A stretch of 64,000 bases of DNA from positions 131,626,001 through 131,690,000 of the forward strand of contig NC_058372.1 in the NCBI RefSeq assembly GCF_018350175.1. Direction: 5' to 3'. How positions within the stretch are numbered: the first letter of the stretch is position 1; each line of letters opens with the position of its first letter. Positions 46,267 through 58,701 of the stretch are shown here, one piece after another. Below the pieces are notes generated by a model. The model was not told the DNA's origin, did no database searches, and worked only from the letters and a program-made list of their open reading frames with translations. The translations under genes were made by a program, and so were the position numbers. This DNA comes from Felis catus (taxonomy: Eukaryota).

Positions 46267-47049
46267 TGTGTGCATTCCTTCTCCATACTTTGCAAGAGGT
46301 ACAATAAGAGAAATAGACTGGTACAAAAAACAATTACGATGGTCTGATTTTGCTCACAACATGTCTGCCAGATGAAAGTTAGAGAACATCATGCAAGACC
46401 TACAGGCCAGGTGGGTGATAGAGAAGAGTACAGTTTGATGATGTGGAAGGTGGGAGGGACCTGAAACTCTAGATTGAAAATTAAATCCAGAATTTGAATA
46501 TTCAGTGCTATGGCAGACATTGTCTTGCATTTTTTGATAGAATTGTGAGACTTGACAGACTCCCGGATCTCTAGCAGAGCTCTGGAAACAGAGGCATATG
46601 AAAGCTGCATCTTTGTTTCATTTGTGCCCCACAAGGCTCACACTCTAGAGGGACCTGGTTTCTTACTTTGGTGATACCTTCCTCTGTTCCCTTACATTTC
46701 GAGTTCTATTCCCTTTTATTTCAATAGAGACTTCACTGGTCTTCAAAACAAGTAAGCCCCTGTTATTCACATCTTCTGCTGTAAGATACCTGCAAGGTAA
46801 AGTATCTACCAAGTGTTGTCCAAGGGGAGAGCGATGATGGTACAAGGATCACATTCATGAGACTGCGATGTATTTAGATGGTAGGAGCAAGATATATACA
46901 GGAAAGCTGATGTTGAAGGAATCTCCAGAATCAGGGGCTGAGACACCAGGGAGGTTCTTCACTGTATCTTGAGAATAGAATGAGAAATCATGAAATGGGA
47001 GCTTGATGTCTCAGAGAGAAAAGTCATAGGACAGAGAATGAGAAACAAA

Positions 47050-47175
47050 AGATGAAGAAGGAGAAGGAGAAGGAGAAGGAGAAGAAGAAGAAGAAGAAGA
47101 AGAAAGAAGAAGGAAGAGGAGGAGGGCGAGGAGGAGGAAGAGGAGGACGAGGGGGAGGAGAAGAAGAAAAAAGAA
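47050..47175. repeat. Compound (GAAGGA)n/(GAA)n/(GGA)n purine tract
   Basis: Direct reading. Confidence 0.95.
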
Positions 47176-47389
47176 AAAGTTTCAGGTGTGTTGTCCAAAG
47201 ATACCCTTAGATTGCCTGTTAGGTCATAAGGACCTCCTTTTAGAGAGTCCAGAAACTTCACCATAAGGAAGACATTTGAAGCAGTTGGGTCTGGGCTCCA
47301 GATAGCACAAATGATGTGTGAATAACTACCCCGATAATTTCCCAGAGACTATTTTGAGAGGGAATCACAGAGAAGGGAAACAACATGTT

Positions 47390-47560
47390 CATCCACTTAC
47401 TCTGTGCCAGACATTTTGCTAGGTTCTTTACATTCCCATTTAATCATCCCAGTACCACTGCTACAGGGATATTTTAGAATACTGAAGTAACTTGCCCAGA
47501 GTCTCTCAGCTAGCAAGTGGCCCATCAGGGATTTGAGCTCTGTCCTAAGCCAGCACAGAG
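47390..47560 (+). mobile_element. MIR
   Basis: tgtgccagaca...gaagtaacttgcccagagtc...gggatttgagc core. Confidence 0.7.
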
Positions 47561-48339
47561 CCTGTGAGTTCGTGTTCCTCTCTAGAGCTCAGGAGAGTAT
47601 GTAGGGGCTGGTCCCCCTTTCTCATTCCCACAGTATTTTACTCCCATCCGACTGCATTATGGTTTGCATGTCTCTTTCCCTTGGTAGATTCTAAGTTCCT
47701 TTTTGTTTGAGATCCATTTTCTTCTTTCTAATTTGTGAGACTTTGGGGCAAAGCAGACCCTCAGTAAATGTCGAGAAAAGGAAATGAGTGTTGTAACACC
47801 GTGTAGTTTTCCCAGCTTAGTTCTCTGAAGATTTATTCCAAGAGCCTTATGGGGTCCAGAGCTTTATATTTCCACCTACTGATCCTAACTCTGCCAACTG
47901 GAACAACACATGTTTTCATCATGAAGAACAAGCTCTCCTTTTGGCATCAAAAAGAGCTGTCCCACTGGGCAGAAGGTCTGCCTTTCTTGCGGAAGAGCAT
48001 GGCAACACTCGGTGACCATCGAGCCCGGCCAGAGGTCTGGCAAAGCAATAATAGGTGTGAGGAACAGCGTCCTCTGCAGGAGAGCTTCTGGTAACATAAG
48101 ACTGCTGAAGCAGGGCGCCCATCATCCAAAGGGAAAGCATGGGCTGAAGGTTCCTTCTTTACAGAAGGACATATCTTTAGACAAGGTGAAAGGCAAAACT
48201 AGCCACCGGGGCTTGCGGGGAACATGGGAGAAAGGGAGAGCCCAGTTTAGGGAGTTGAAGTAATGACGCTATTAAACCAGAAACTGGCTTGATTTTTCTC
48301 GTGGTAGCTTGGGAAACAAGGCTTATAGATTAATAAGAT

Positions 48340-48368
48340 GAAGAAGAAGAAGAAGAAGAAGCAGCAGC
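48340..48368. repeat. (GAA)7 followed by a short (GCA)n
   Basis: Direct reading. Confidence 0.9.
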
Positions 48369-49397
48369 TTAAGAATGAGCATAACAAACACTGAAAAGGA
48401 AAAGAATCATAGAATTATTGAGTTGGAAGTATATTTAGAAGTCATTTAAAATAAGCTATCACCCCATTTTCAACTCTATTTCTCTGTGTCCTGTTCCTCT
48501 TGCTGTGTCAGAGGCAGGTGAGGAGTCACTTCTGGCGAGGGTGGGACAGGTGGAGGGAGGGGCTGGGGTACAAGGCCTACTACCTGCACTTGTACAAAAA
48601 GAGAGCAGATAGCCCCACACACTAGATGAGCGACGTTAACCCAGGAAGCTAGCCAGAGAACAGAACTAAGACGCAAATCCGGGATGAAGGTATTGGAGGA
48701 CCAGGAAAACAAGGGGGTAGAAGCGGCAAGGCGTGTGGAAGGCTGATAGTCTGATGGCATTCAAACAACCAAACTGCTGGTGACAGAGAAATGCACTCTC
48801 AGTGGGACTAAGGAGGCATACATGTGTGGCCTGGGCTTATTTTAAGGAATGGGATGGATTCGGGTGAGTTTTGCCCTCTGCTGAAGTATTTCCAGGGACT
48901 AGGATCTTGCATTCGAAAAGGGAAAACTCTAATGATTAGAAAAGGTTTTGTTTCCCTGAACCCAAATTTTGCTTTTCTTTTACTCTTGCCCAGAGTTCCG
49001 CCCCTGGAAGACATTGAATAAATTTAGTGCACTGTGTCCATGACACCCCTTCAACCATTGAATAGTGATTATGCCATTAGTTAGTAGTTTATTCTCCAAG
49101 CCAAATAGCTTCACTTCCTTTAACTGTTATCTTTATCATTAGGTTCCTAAACTCCTAATCAGGCCATGGTGATATTTCCAATTGTTGCGTATCCTTTAAA
49201 AAATGTTGCATCCAGAACTAGACACAGTACTGCACTAATACTTTGATTCACTTTAACCATTGTTCCAGCATTGCTGCCTAAGATTCTGCTACTTTTGTCA
49301 GCGTCTTGCCACATTTTGAGCTCAGGCTTAGCTCAGAGGCAGCTATAACCCATAAGCCATTTTCTTATGAACTACAGGAAATGGATATGAATGTGAG

Positions 49398-49872
49398 TAT
49401 CTTATTAGGATAGATTTACCCAGAAACAGACCCTGAGAGAACGATTTGAGTGAAAGTTGTATATTGGGGAAGTGATCCTTGGAAGCACCAATAGGAAAGT
49501 GGGGAGGCAAAGCAGCAAATGATATGCAGCCAATAATGGGTGTGTTACCAGGCAGATTACCACTGTGGGACTCAGTCCTGCCAGAGACTCTGGGAGACAG
49601 TGGAGAGCATGCCTCATACTGTCCCTCATCCCCATGGGACAAGGATGTGGGGAGCATTCAATTATCAATTCCTGTCATGGTTGGGGGTTACTGGGGAGGG
49701 AGGTGCCTGCTAATTCCAGTAACTACCAATGTGTCTCCTATGCAGGCTCCTGTCTCCAAAGGAAGCCTTCAGGCAAAGAGTTACAGATGTTGGCGGTTGG
49801 AAACCTGAGAGTTGGCCTGTGTGGGGAAGGTGAATATCGAGAGGGGGCAGGGCACTAGCAGTATCTGCTATA
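49398..49872 (-). mobile_element. ERVL solo LTR (LTR16/LTR33-like)
   Basis: cccagaaacagaccctgagagaacgatttgagtgaaagttg...gggcactagcagtatctgctata matches the recalled reversed LTR16/33 pattern. Confidence 0.65.
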
Positions 49873-50104
49873 GATGGGAATATGGGAATAATAGATAGAT
49901 AGATAGAGATAAACATACACACAGGCACAAATATCAGTACAGATAAAGATAGGAAAACAAAGAGCTGTAGAAGGCAAGGTAAAGCTGTCTTAAAGGGCTT
50001 GAAGTGAGAACAAGTGCTTCTAGACTCAGCCAAATAAATTCCTGTTTCTTTTAGCAAGGTAAAATCACAAAATAATATTATTGATTTATTGATTGATTGA
50101 TTTT

Positions 50105-50332
50105 AAACTGTACTTTTTAAAGATGATTTTATTTTATTTATTTTTTAAAATTTATTTATTTATTTTTGAGGGAGAGAAAGGAGGGAGGGGCAGAGAGAGA
50201 GAGGGGGAGAGAGAATCCCAAGCAGGCTTTGTGCTGACAGAGCCGACATGGGGCTGAAACTCAGGAGCCATGAGATCATGACTTGAGCCAAAATCGAGAG
50301 ACCCTTAACCAACTGAGCTGCCCAGGTGCCCC
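50105..50332 (-). mobile_element. Older Can-SINE
   Basis: Reversed SINE ending cccaggtgcccc. Confidence 0.88.
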
Positions 50333-51524
50333 ACAAAAGAAAATTAAAGTTCAGCTGTCCTTTAAATAAATTTGACGTTAGCCTCTGGATTATTTCTTTG
50401 CAACAATTTCTTAAATTGTGTCATTTTTCAATTAAAAAAACCATGAAATTTGTAGTAGAAATTTAGAGATTTGAAAACAAATCTATAGTCATGTCATCCA
50501 AATATTGACATTACAGACATTTTGATTTTTTCTTGTAGTGATTCTCATGCCAGTAAGTTTGGTTTTAACAGAATTAGGTCATCTTTTATTTATAATATTT
50601 TCCTGCTTTTTAAATTTTGCATTATGACCTAAGCAAGGATTTCCACTTGATCAGAGTTGATCACTTGCTCTTGGAGCAAAGTTCCCTATCTCCATGGAAT
50701 CAGGATCCAGGAACGCTTTGAGGAATAATTCATTCTGTGTTCTCAACTGAGAAGTTCAAACATGCAGCAGTTTCCGACATATAGCAGCATAGCTGATAGA
50801 TGGGATGGTCCTGTGCAAGCCAGGTTGGCAGGAAATGACCTGAAAAGGGAAAACAAAGTCATGAGAAAAGAGAATGGAATCTGAGCAAGAATCACCAACA
50901 GGGCTTGGGCAGACAGGTAGTGATTAAGCCCCTGACAACCTCATGTACTCAGTGATGGAGAGGCTGTGTGGCTCAATGGCAAGAGTGGATTTCTAGGGAT
51001 CTAACAGGTTTCCCAACTCCCACTCCCCCACCCCCACATGTAAAATTTAGAAGAAGCCACAAGAAGGGGCAGGGATCTCCCTGTAGGTCAGTAGGAAAGA
51101 TAAACACTGCCAGATACAAAACAGTCATACCCGTTTTGGTATAGCTGAGCAACAGGCCAACCTAGTGAAGGGTGCAGATGACATCAATAGCTGAGATCAG
51201 TAGCAAGGGATACTGGGCTCAAAGCACAGCAAGGGCGAGAGCCTCAGAGGATGTTAGAGGTCAAGAGTGGATCAGTGCCACCATGCTGGCAGTTCAAGCC
51301 AGGAATAGATGCGGAGGGATGGCTATGGAGAGATGCAAGAATCATTCATAAGGAAAAATGCCTGCAAGCCACAGCCAAAACAGATCGCAAAGCAGCAGCT
51401 GAAACAGGAAGGCAGAGGTGCAGGCAAATTATATGAAAGGCAATGTTTTCTCTTCAAAGACTCAACAGAACACTGTGTTTGTGTGCTCTGTGGGGGATTA
51501 GGGCAAATAATTTTTGTAATGTTT

Positions 51525-51744
51525 CTTTTTTTAAAAATTTTTAATGTTTATTTTTGAGAGAGAGAGAGAAAGAGAGACAGAGTATGAGTGGGGGAGGGGC
51601 AGAGAGCGAGGGAGACACAGAATCTGAAGCAGGCTCCAGACTCCGAGCTGTCAGCACAGAGCCTGACTCGGGGCTTGAACTCACTAACCAGGAGATCACA
51701 AAGTGAGCCAAATTGCACCTTATCAACCGAGCCACCCAGGTGCA
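51525..51744 (-). mobile_element. Felid Can-SINE (diverged)
   Basis: Reversed body with (GA)n tract and T-rich tail. Confidence 0.88.
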
Positions 51745-51863
51745 TAAATCATTAAAATGACCTACTGAATATTCACATGCTAAAAGCATTCAAAGTATTT
51801 CTTACTGATATTAACAAAAATACTCCATAAACTTCGTTGTACGGATATCTTGTAATTGTCTTT

Positions 51864-52088
51864 TTTTTTTCTTTTTTTTTTTTTTTTAAGTTTATTTATT
51901 TTTGGGACAGAGAGAGACAGAGCATGAACGGGGGAGGGGCAGAGAGAGAGGGAGACACAGAATCGGAAACAGGCCCCAGGCTCCGAGCCATCGGCCCAGA
52001 GCCCGACGCGGGGCTCGAACTCACGGACCGCGAGATCGTGACCTGGCTGAAGTCGGACGCTTAACCGACTGCGCCACCCAGGCGCCCG
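51864..52088 (-). mobile_element. Young Felidae Can-SINE
   Basis: CpG-intact; perfect TSD gtaattgtcttt at 51852-51863 and 52089-52100. Confidence 0.95.
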
Positions 52089-52259
52089 GTAATTGTCTTT
52101 AATCACACTTAGATTGTTTAAAATTTTTCAAATCCTATAAATAGGATGAGGAATTACTCCACACCAAAGATTTACCCTCTGTATATTTCTCCAGGTTGGT
52201 TTCTAAGATTATGTTAATAGTTATTTGGTAATAATTATTATTTATTCAGTGAATTTTAT

Positions 52260-52440
52260 ATTTCATGCCACATTTAACTTTGTAACATCCTTTGAGGTAG
52301 GGTTTCTTCTCATTTTACAGATGAGAAAACTGAGGTTCAAAAAAACCAAGTAACTTGCCTAAGATCACAAAGTTAGTGGGATGTAAAGCTGCATGTACTA
52401 CACTCCCTGGGCTCCAAAGCCCATACTCTGAACCACCACA
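52260..52440 (+). mobile_element. MIR
   Basis: ctcattttacagatgagaaaactgaggttc...aagtaacttgcctaagatcaca core. Confidence 0.85.
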
Positions 52441-52480
52441 CTGTGCGGAAAATTACGCTGATGCTATTTTCAAAATAGTA

Positions 52481-53086
52481 TGATAGGGAAAGATAGGATT
52501 CAGTAGGCAGAAAAGAAGAGTCCGGGGCTTAAAAGAACCGGGGTGGAGGAAAAACACATATTTTAAAACATTTCTTCTGGGAATGTCTGACCTGGAGCAA
52601 ACTCCCTCAAGCATAAAGTTCCTCTTAAGAATGCAACAGACACTGCCTACTCCCCTGGGGTTTTCCTCAGAAGTTTGACCAACGGAGACCTGACTAAAAA
52701 TTACTAGTCGGCCATAAGATGTAGGACCCATAGGAAGGGTATGGCCATAAACCATCCCTCATATGATAAAAATGAGCTGATGAAAAAAGGAATGACTACG
52801 CATTTAGAGGTACCTAGCCAGTGAGAGTGGAACCTGAGAAGGAACAAGGGGGAGGGAAGGAAGCCTACCAAAACTCTATAAAACAAAGCTCCTAGCCTAC
52901 AGTCCTGGCCATTTACTTTTGAATGCCCCCTCTCTGTAAAGACAGCTTTCATACTTTTCTTTCTTACTGATCTTCTCCTCTAATAAACTTTGTCCTGCGG
53001 CTCATTTTATTTTGTGTTCACCTCTGCATTCTTCAAAGCATGGAGACAACAAACCTTGGATATGGAGGTAAAAAAATCCTGCAACA
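52481..53086 (+). mobile_element. ERV1-type solo LTR
   Basis: TG...CA ends (tgataggg...tgcaaca), TATAAAA near 52877, AATAAA near 52983; TSD not clean. Confidence 0.7.
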
Positions 53087-53162
53087 ATAAGACCCTGAAA
53101 ACCATTCTATAAGCTCTTTACACAAACTAGCATACTTAGCCTGAGTAGCAAAATAATAGAAT

Positions 53163-53892
53163 TGTAGGCAGAAAGAGTTAGGGGTCCCCAGAAAAAGAAA
53201 AATGAGACAAAGCTTTCCTGCCACAAGAGAAGTCGGTTTTAGGCCCCCAGCTATTTTCTTTGATCTATGCCCTACTTCCTTGATGTATGCACATCCTAGG
53301 AACTTTCCAAAAGGTATCAGAATTACAAAGAAATGCAAAAACCTTAGCGGTCAAGGGTTTTAAGGGAACAAAGGGAATGCAAAAACTAACAGTCTCTGAG
53401 GCCAGGAAATAGCTTAACCACATTGGAAACAATAAATCAGTGGTAAAACTCCCTGTGCTATATCAAAAGTAAGCAAGGCCTTGCTTTCCCTACCCGAGTA
53501 GTGAGCCCAAGACCCCAACCAGTTTAGGTGAGCTCTGGCTCTCAGATCATGCCCATACTACCTTCCCCTTGTCCAACAGTTACTTCTGTTCCATTATAAT
53601 GTGAAAGTCTCCACCTGAAAGATGAGTACAACTTCATTAATATACATAGAACACACACTTAGGCGTGTTTCCTCAGTAAGGCTGTGCAACTTTATGCCCA
53701 CTTTTACATGTAATGACAAAGCTCCTCTTTCTGAATATTCATTCTCACTCTAAATAAAAAGAACCCAGGGGCACCCGGGCAGCAGTCATTGAGGGTCTGA
53801 CTTCTGCTCAGGTCATGATCTTGTGGTTAGTGAATTCGATCCCCGCCTCGGGCTCTGTGCTGACAGCTCAGAGTCTGGAGCCTTCATCAGAT

Positions 53893-53939
<47 letters not shown>

Positions 53940-54167
53940 CTCTCTGCCCCTCCTCCGCTTGGCGCTCTCTCTCTCAAAAATAAATAAATGTTAAAAAAAA
54001 AAACCTTTAAAAAAAAGAAAAACACTCATCCCTGCTCAGGGAGTTATGGCTTTGGAAGTTATTCTCTGTCATCTCCTTACTTGCTACAAATAAAGTTTCT
54101 TTATGACAATGCTGGAGTAATTTACCTGTAACTTACCAAGGAGCAGACTCACGATTATTCCATTACA
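53163..54167 (+). mobile_element. ERV1-type solo LTR interrupted by a SINE
   Basis: tgtaggcag...ccattaca termini, AATAAA near 54090, near-TSD gaat/aaat. Confidence 0.65.
53768..54012 (+). mobile_element. Can-SINE inserted in the LTR
   Basis: SINE body with (TC)n and A-tail, flanked by aaaaagaa. Confidence 0.9.
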
Positions 54168-54305
54168 AAATCATTAGTTGGGAGCTGGGTATGAATGTCT
54201 CCCAACGGGCATTCTCTATGGAGAGAATCCATTGTTACAGAAGCCAAATCCACAAGCAGAATCATCACCCCTTATTGACTCACAATGAAAAGCTACCAAT
54301 AGGAG

Positions 54306-54536
54306 GGGCGCCTGGGTGGCGCAGTCGGTTAAGCGTCCGCCTTCAGCCAGGTCACGATCTCGCGGTCCGTGAGTTCCAGCCCCGCGTCGGGCTCTGGGCT
54401 GATGGCTCCGAGCCTGGAGCCTGTTTCCGATTCTGTGTCTCCCTCTCTCTCTGCCCCTCCCCCGTTCATGCTCTGTCTCTCTCTGTCCCAAAAATAAATA
54501 AACGTTGAAAAAAAAAAATAAAAAAAAAAAAAAAAA
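54306..54536 (+). mobile_element. Young Felidae Can-SINE
   Basis: CpG-intact; TSD gaaaagctaccaa(t/c)aggag. Confidence 0.95.
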
Positions 54537-54656
54537 GAAAAGCTACCAACAGGAGAAAAAAAAATCTAACTCGAAATCATTGTTTAATTGTAGTAATTTA
54601 TAAAAACACTAGAAAAATACTTGAAGTAAAAAAATATTTATAGTAATTACTGTGTG

Positions 54657-54823
54657 TGTAAGACAGCAAATATTGCCACCCCAAGATATGCCTCTTGGCA
54701 TGGTGATTATTTCAAGCTGACTATTTTTAAAGAACTACAGACACAGAAGAAGCTCCGAAATGCAAGTAGAAGTTACCCTTTTGTAAGAAATATTTACATT
54801 TGGGAAATCTCCATTTGTAAGAG
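54657..54823 (+). mobile_element. 5' fragment of a MER34-like LTR
   Basis: tgtaagacagcaaatattgccaccccaagatatgcctcttggcat...gattatttcaagctga is the MER34-family start motif. Confidence 0.6.
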
Positions 54824-55361
54824 TGTTGGGGAGGAAAATTTCTTCTCTACCCTTAGAAGTGTTTCTAAGAATCAAATTGACACGGGACAGATTAACAGGA
54901 GAAAATCAAACAAAAGTTCAATAACATGCATACCTCCTGCATGGTGGAGAGGGAGACCCAGAAAAACTGAGTAATTCCCCAAATGGCCAAAGACATCACC
55001 TTAAATACCATCCTCAGCCAAAGACAAAAGCAGATATTGGGTGTGCGAGTCAGTTATGGGAGGTGTTGAGGAAAAGCACAGTAAACAAAGGTAAGGTTGT
55101 TATGCAGACTTAAGTAGTTGTCTTTTCCATTGTTAAGTCTTTCCAGAGAGTTAGAATTATTCCCCCCTCTTCCTTATACAGCAAAGCAGGCTTACAAATG
55201 GGGATTTCCCTTATGTATGTAAATTTATCTTTACAAAAGGATAACTTTTACTTGGATTTCAGAGCTTCACCTACATTTGAAGTTTCTTAAAAATAACCAG
55301 CCTAAAATAACCAATATACCAAACGGGGATATCTGGGGGTGGCAAAATTTGCTTCCCTACA
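54824..55361 (-). mobile_element. MER34/MER39-like solo LTR, reverse orientation
   Basis: Reverse complement begins tgtagggaagcaaattttgccacccccagatatc and ends ccaaca. Confidence 0.65.
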
Positions 55362-55691
55362 TATTTATTAATTAACACACATATTAATTAATATGCCATT
55401 CTAAACTAACATGTTTCCTGGGAATTTCTCTTAAAGGGTCACTTTTTTTTTAAAGTAGGTCATTACTACTTCCAGAATGTTCACTGAAAGAAATGTAAAG
55501 TTAAAAACAAAATTAGAGAAAGAACGACTCCTCTCCTCAAAAATGTGAAAACTTTCATAAGTGGATATAGAGTTAGTCAGCTAAATTACTCATAAGTACC
55601 ACCCAACAATTACAAACTTGAGATCAACATTGGTTATCACTAAAATTTTAACATGTTGGCTACTTTCTTGAAATAAACTCAGTTGTCATTT

Positions 55692-55889
55692 TTATTATTT
55701 TTAAAAATTTTATTTGAGAGAGAGACCAAATGGGGGAGGAGCTGAGGGATAGGAGGAGAGAGAATCCTTAGCTGGCTCTGTGCTCAGTGGGGAGCCCAGT
55801 GCAGGGCCTGACCCCAGGACCCTGTGATCATGACCTGAACTAAAACTGAGAGTTCAGACACTCAACTGACTGAACCACCCAAGCACCCC
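55692..55889 (-). mobile_element. Older Can-SINE
   Basis: Perfect 13-bp TSD tcagttgtcattt. Confidence 0.9.
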
Positions 55890-56010
55890 ATCAGTTGTCA
55901 TTTGAATAGACTAACCTCACACTCAACAGATCCAATGTATCTAAATGTCTCTTTCACTGAAGTGAGCCTCTGATTTCAGTGCAAATTGCAATATATTTTA
56001 AAGAACCCTA

Positions 56011-56232
56011 GGGGCGCCTGGGTGGCTCAGTCGGTTGGGCGGCCGACTTCGGCTCAGGTCATGATCTCGCGGTCCATGAGTTCAAGCCCCGCGTCGGGCT
56101 CTGTGCTGACAGCTCAGAGCCTGGAGCCTGTTTCAGATTCTGTGCCTCCCTCTCTCTGACCCTCCACCGTTCATGCTCTGTCTCTCTCTGTCTCAAAAAT
56201 AAATAAATGTTAAAAAAAAATTAAAAAAAAAA
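56011..56232 (+). mobile_element. Felidae Can-SINE
   Basis: Full-length; TSD aaagaacccta. Confidence 0.95.
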
Positions 56233-56483
56233 AAAGAACCCTAAATTGGAAATTTTTAGCTATATTCAAAATTAGGTGGTTGTGGTAAATCACTTAACTC
56301 CTTTAAGCCCCGACATTTTTATCCCTAATACAATGTGTTTGGGTGATACAAAATAATAATAAATGTATTAGACTTATTATATGTCTCTATGCCCCCAGTA
56401 TCCTTGATGTTTAATCCTTACAACTGTGTGAAGGAGGTGTGAAGTTTGCATTAATCAGGATATGCTAGGTTGTGTTTAGTATC

Positions 56484-56655
56484 AGGAGGGAAGGAAAGGA
56501 GGAGGGAAGGAAGGAAGGAAGGAAGGAAGGAAGGAAGGAAGGGAGGGAGGGAGGGAGGAGGAAAGGGGGAGGGAAGGAGGGAGGCAGGAGAGGTAAGGGG
56601 AGGAGAGGGGAGGGAAGAAGGAGAAAAAAGAGGAGAAAGGGAGAATAGGAGAGAG
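56484..56655. repeat. (GGAA)n/(GGGA)n purine-rich tract
   Basis: Direct reading. Confidence 0.95.
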
Positions 56656-56666
56656 GACTACAGTCT

Positions 56667-57052
56667 TGTAACCAAACCAGAGTCTGTGTGCCCCATGCAT
56701 ACTGAGTTTGGCAATGAAGAAATATAGGCTATTTATTCATGTGGTGCCATCCAGGAGAACAGGAAGCTAATGCTCAAAATCTCAAACTGCCTGGCGACTT
56801 ACAAGTGAGGGTTTTTAAAGGCAAAAATTAGGGTCTGGGTGGAGTGGCATTCAGTGACTGGGGGAGAATGAGATCATGTTCTTGAGATGTTATCTTCTGT
56901 TCTTTGACTCCAGTGTGTCTGGTCTTAAGGACACCTGTTCCACTTCAGGGACTGCAACTCTACAAAACAACTCTATTCAATGTCGGTGAGTTAATAAAAC
57001 AGCATATTCGGGCAATACATCCTGTGACTCCTATCAATAGTAATTTGTTACA
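56667..57052 (-). mobile_element. ERV1-type LTR (reverse)
   Basis: tgtaaccaaaccagagtctgtgtgcccc...tttatt...ttgttaca termini; family uncertain. Confidence 0.5.
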
Positions 57053-57278
57053 TTTATTTTTTTAATTTTTTTCAATGTTTATTTATTTTTGAGAGAAAGA
57101 GAGAAAAAGAGAGAGGATGCACATAGGCACGCAGGTGGGAGGAGGAGAGAGGTCAGAGAGAATCCCAAGCAGGCTTTGTGCTGTCAGCACAGACAGGGGT
57201 TTGATCTCATGAACCATGAGATCATGACCTAAGATGAAATCAAGAGTCGGACACTTAACCGAGCCACCCAAGCACTCC
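57053..57278 (-). mobile_element. Older Can-SINE
   Basis: TSD agtaattt(g/a)ttaca. Confidence 0.88.
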
Positions 57279-57993
57279 AGTAATTTATTACACTTAAATG
57301 ATTGTGTAAGTATTCTCTTTTTTCACTACAATTATCCTATATAACCACATATCTAAAATTCCACCATACTGATCAATAGTGGTCTACAGGCAGTTTAACA
57401 AATCCAACCTACATTCCATTTTCCCCTAGTATTGTTCCCAGATGTCTTCAATCTCAGTGTCTTATAAAATGACATTTATTTCATGCTCATGTGAAATCAC
57501 ATTCAGGTTAGGCCACTCTTTCATCCCTGTAACAAGCCCCCCATGGAACGTGCGGTCTCCAAGTGACTGCAGTAAGGGAAATGTATGAGCTGGAGATTTG
57601 GGTAGGATGTTTGTAGGAGTCAGACTGAAAGTGAATGGCCAGTCGTGTGACCCCTGAAATCTAACTGCAAGGGAGGCTGGGAAATGCTAATTCCTAAAGG
57701 TGCAAATGGTGAACATGTTTCATTGTTACTGCCACAGTTATTACCCGCAATCTATAGATAAGAAAACTGGGGCTTGGACCGACAAGTAGCTTGCCTCGGG
57801 TCACACAGCTCATAAGTATGACAGAATTCAAAGGATCATCAGAATCCAAAGCTTACGTTACTGACACTAAACCATCCAAACCTCTACTGAAACTGAGTAG
57901 CCAACTAATGTCAATCTTCTGTGAGCATCTCAGGTGACCTCAAGGAGGAATCAAAACCAGGAAGAACCAGAAAACCGGGTAGAGGCTTGCAAG

Positions 57994-58466
57994 TGTAGGG
58001 TCAGAGGGCAGGTCGCCCCCAAGTGGCCCATTCTCGCCTGAAGATTATTTTGAGCTGAAGACAATCGAGAACCTGCAGGCTTCATTAAGAGAAATGTTTG
58101 CCTGTCCTTTAATTACACAGAAGAATCTAAATTAGAGGTCTTCCCCAGAATAATGGGTATTTCCAAAGATAAATTTTATATGAGTGACCCATCTGTCTGG
58201 CAGGGCAAACTTCTAATTACCAAACAGCTTTGTTTCTTCTTACTGCCCGGTGAAGAAGCGTGCTCCTTTCCTCTAAAGTCCCAGACTGCTGCCCCCTTCT
58301 CCTGGCTACAAAATGACATATATACTTCATTTTGCCCGACTGTCTTTGGAATTTCCATGTCTATGTAGATTCTCCATATATACACTGTTAATCTGTGTCA
58401 TGCCAATTTGATCCCTAGTCCAGCTAGAAGGACTCTTAAAGGGAACAGGAATTCTGCCCCCTAACA
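57994..58466 (+). mobile_element. MER34-like solo LTR
   Basis: tgtaggg...ccctaaca termini, gattattttgagctgaag motif, perfect 4-bp TSD CAAG. Confidence 0.85.
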
Positions 58467-58479
58467 CAAGCAATATTTT

Positions 58480-58701
58480 TTTGAATGATTAAAAAAAATG
58501 TTTTTAATGTTTATTTTTGAGAGATAGAGAGAGACAGAGCATGCGCAGGGGAGGGGCAGAGAGAGAGGGCGACACAGAATCTGAAGCAGACTCCAGGCTC
58601 TGTCAGCACAGAGCCTGATGTGGGGCCCGAACTCGTGAACCAGGAGATCATGACCTGAGCCGAAGTCAGAGGCTTAACCGACTGAGCCACCCAGGCGCCC
58701 C
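58480..58701 (-). mobile_element. Felid Can-SINE
   Basis: Reversed full SINE; TSD aatatttt. Confidence 0.92.

Larger units (their letters stand above)
43463..46280 (+). other. GRM1: GRM1 long 3'UTR (3' end approximate)
   Basis: Follows the stop codon, no recognisable transposons, AU-rich, ends at AATAAA 46243 and ATTAAA 46261 followed by GU-rich sequence. Confidence 0.75.

Noticed and set aside
46959-47264. Poly-Ser/poly-Leu ORFs (also 41280-41541 and 56470-56727)
   Set aside because: Artefacts of simple sequence repeats.
55367-55394. AT-rich inverted repeat tattaattaa-cacacata-ttaattaata
   Set aside because: Short, low complexity and expected in AT-rich DNA.
55452-55462. Perfect ROR response element AAAGTAGGTCA downstream of GRM1, a reported RORalpha-dependent Purkinje gene
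   Set aside because: My rough estimate is one to two such degenerate 11-mers by chance in 64 kb on both strands; it is isolated and sits among repeats.
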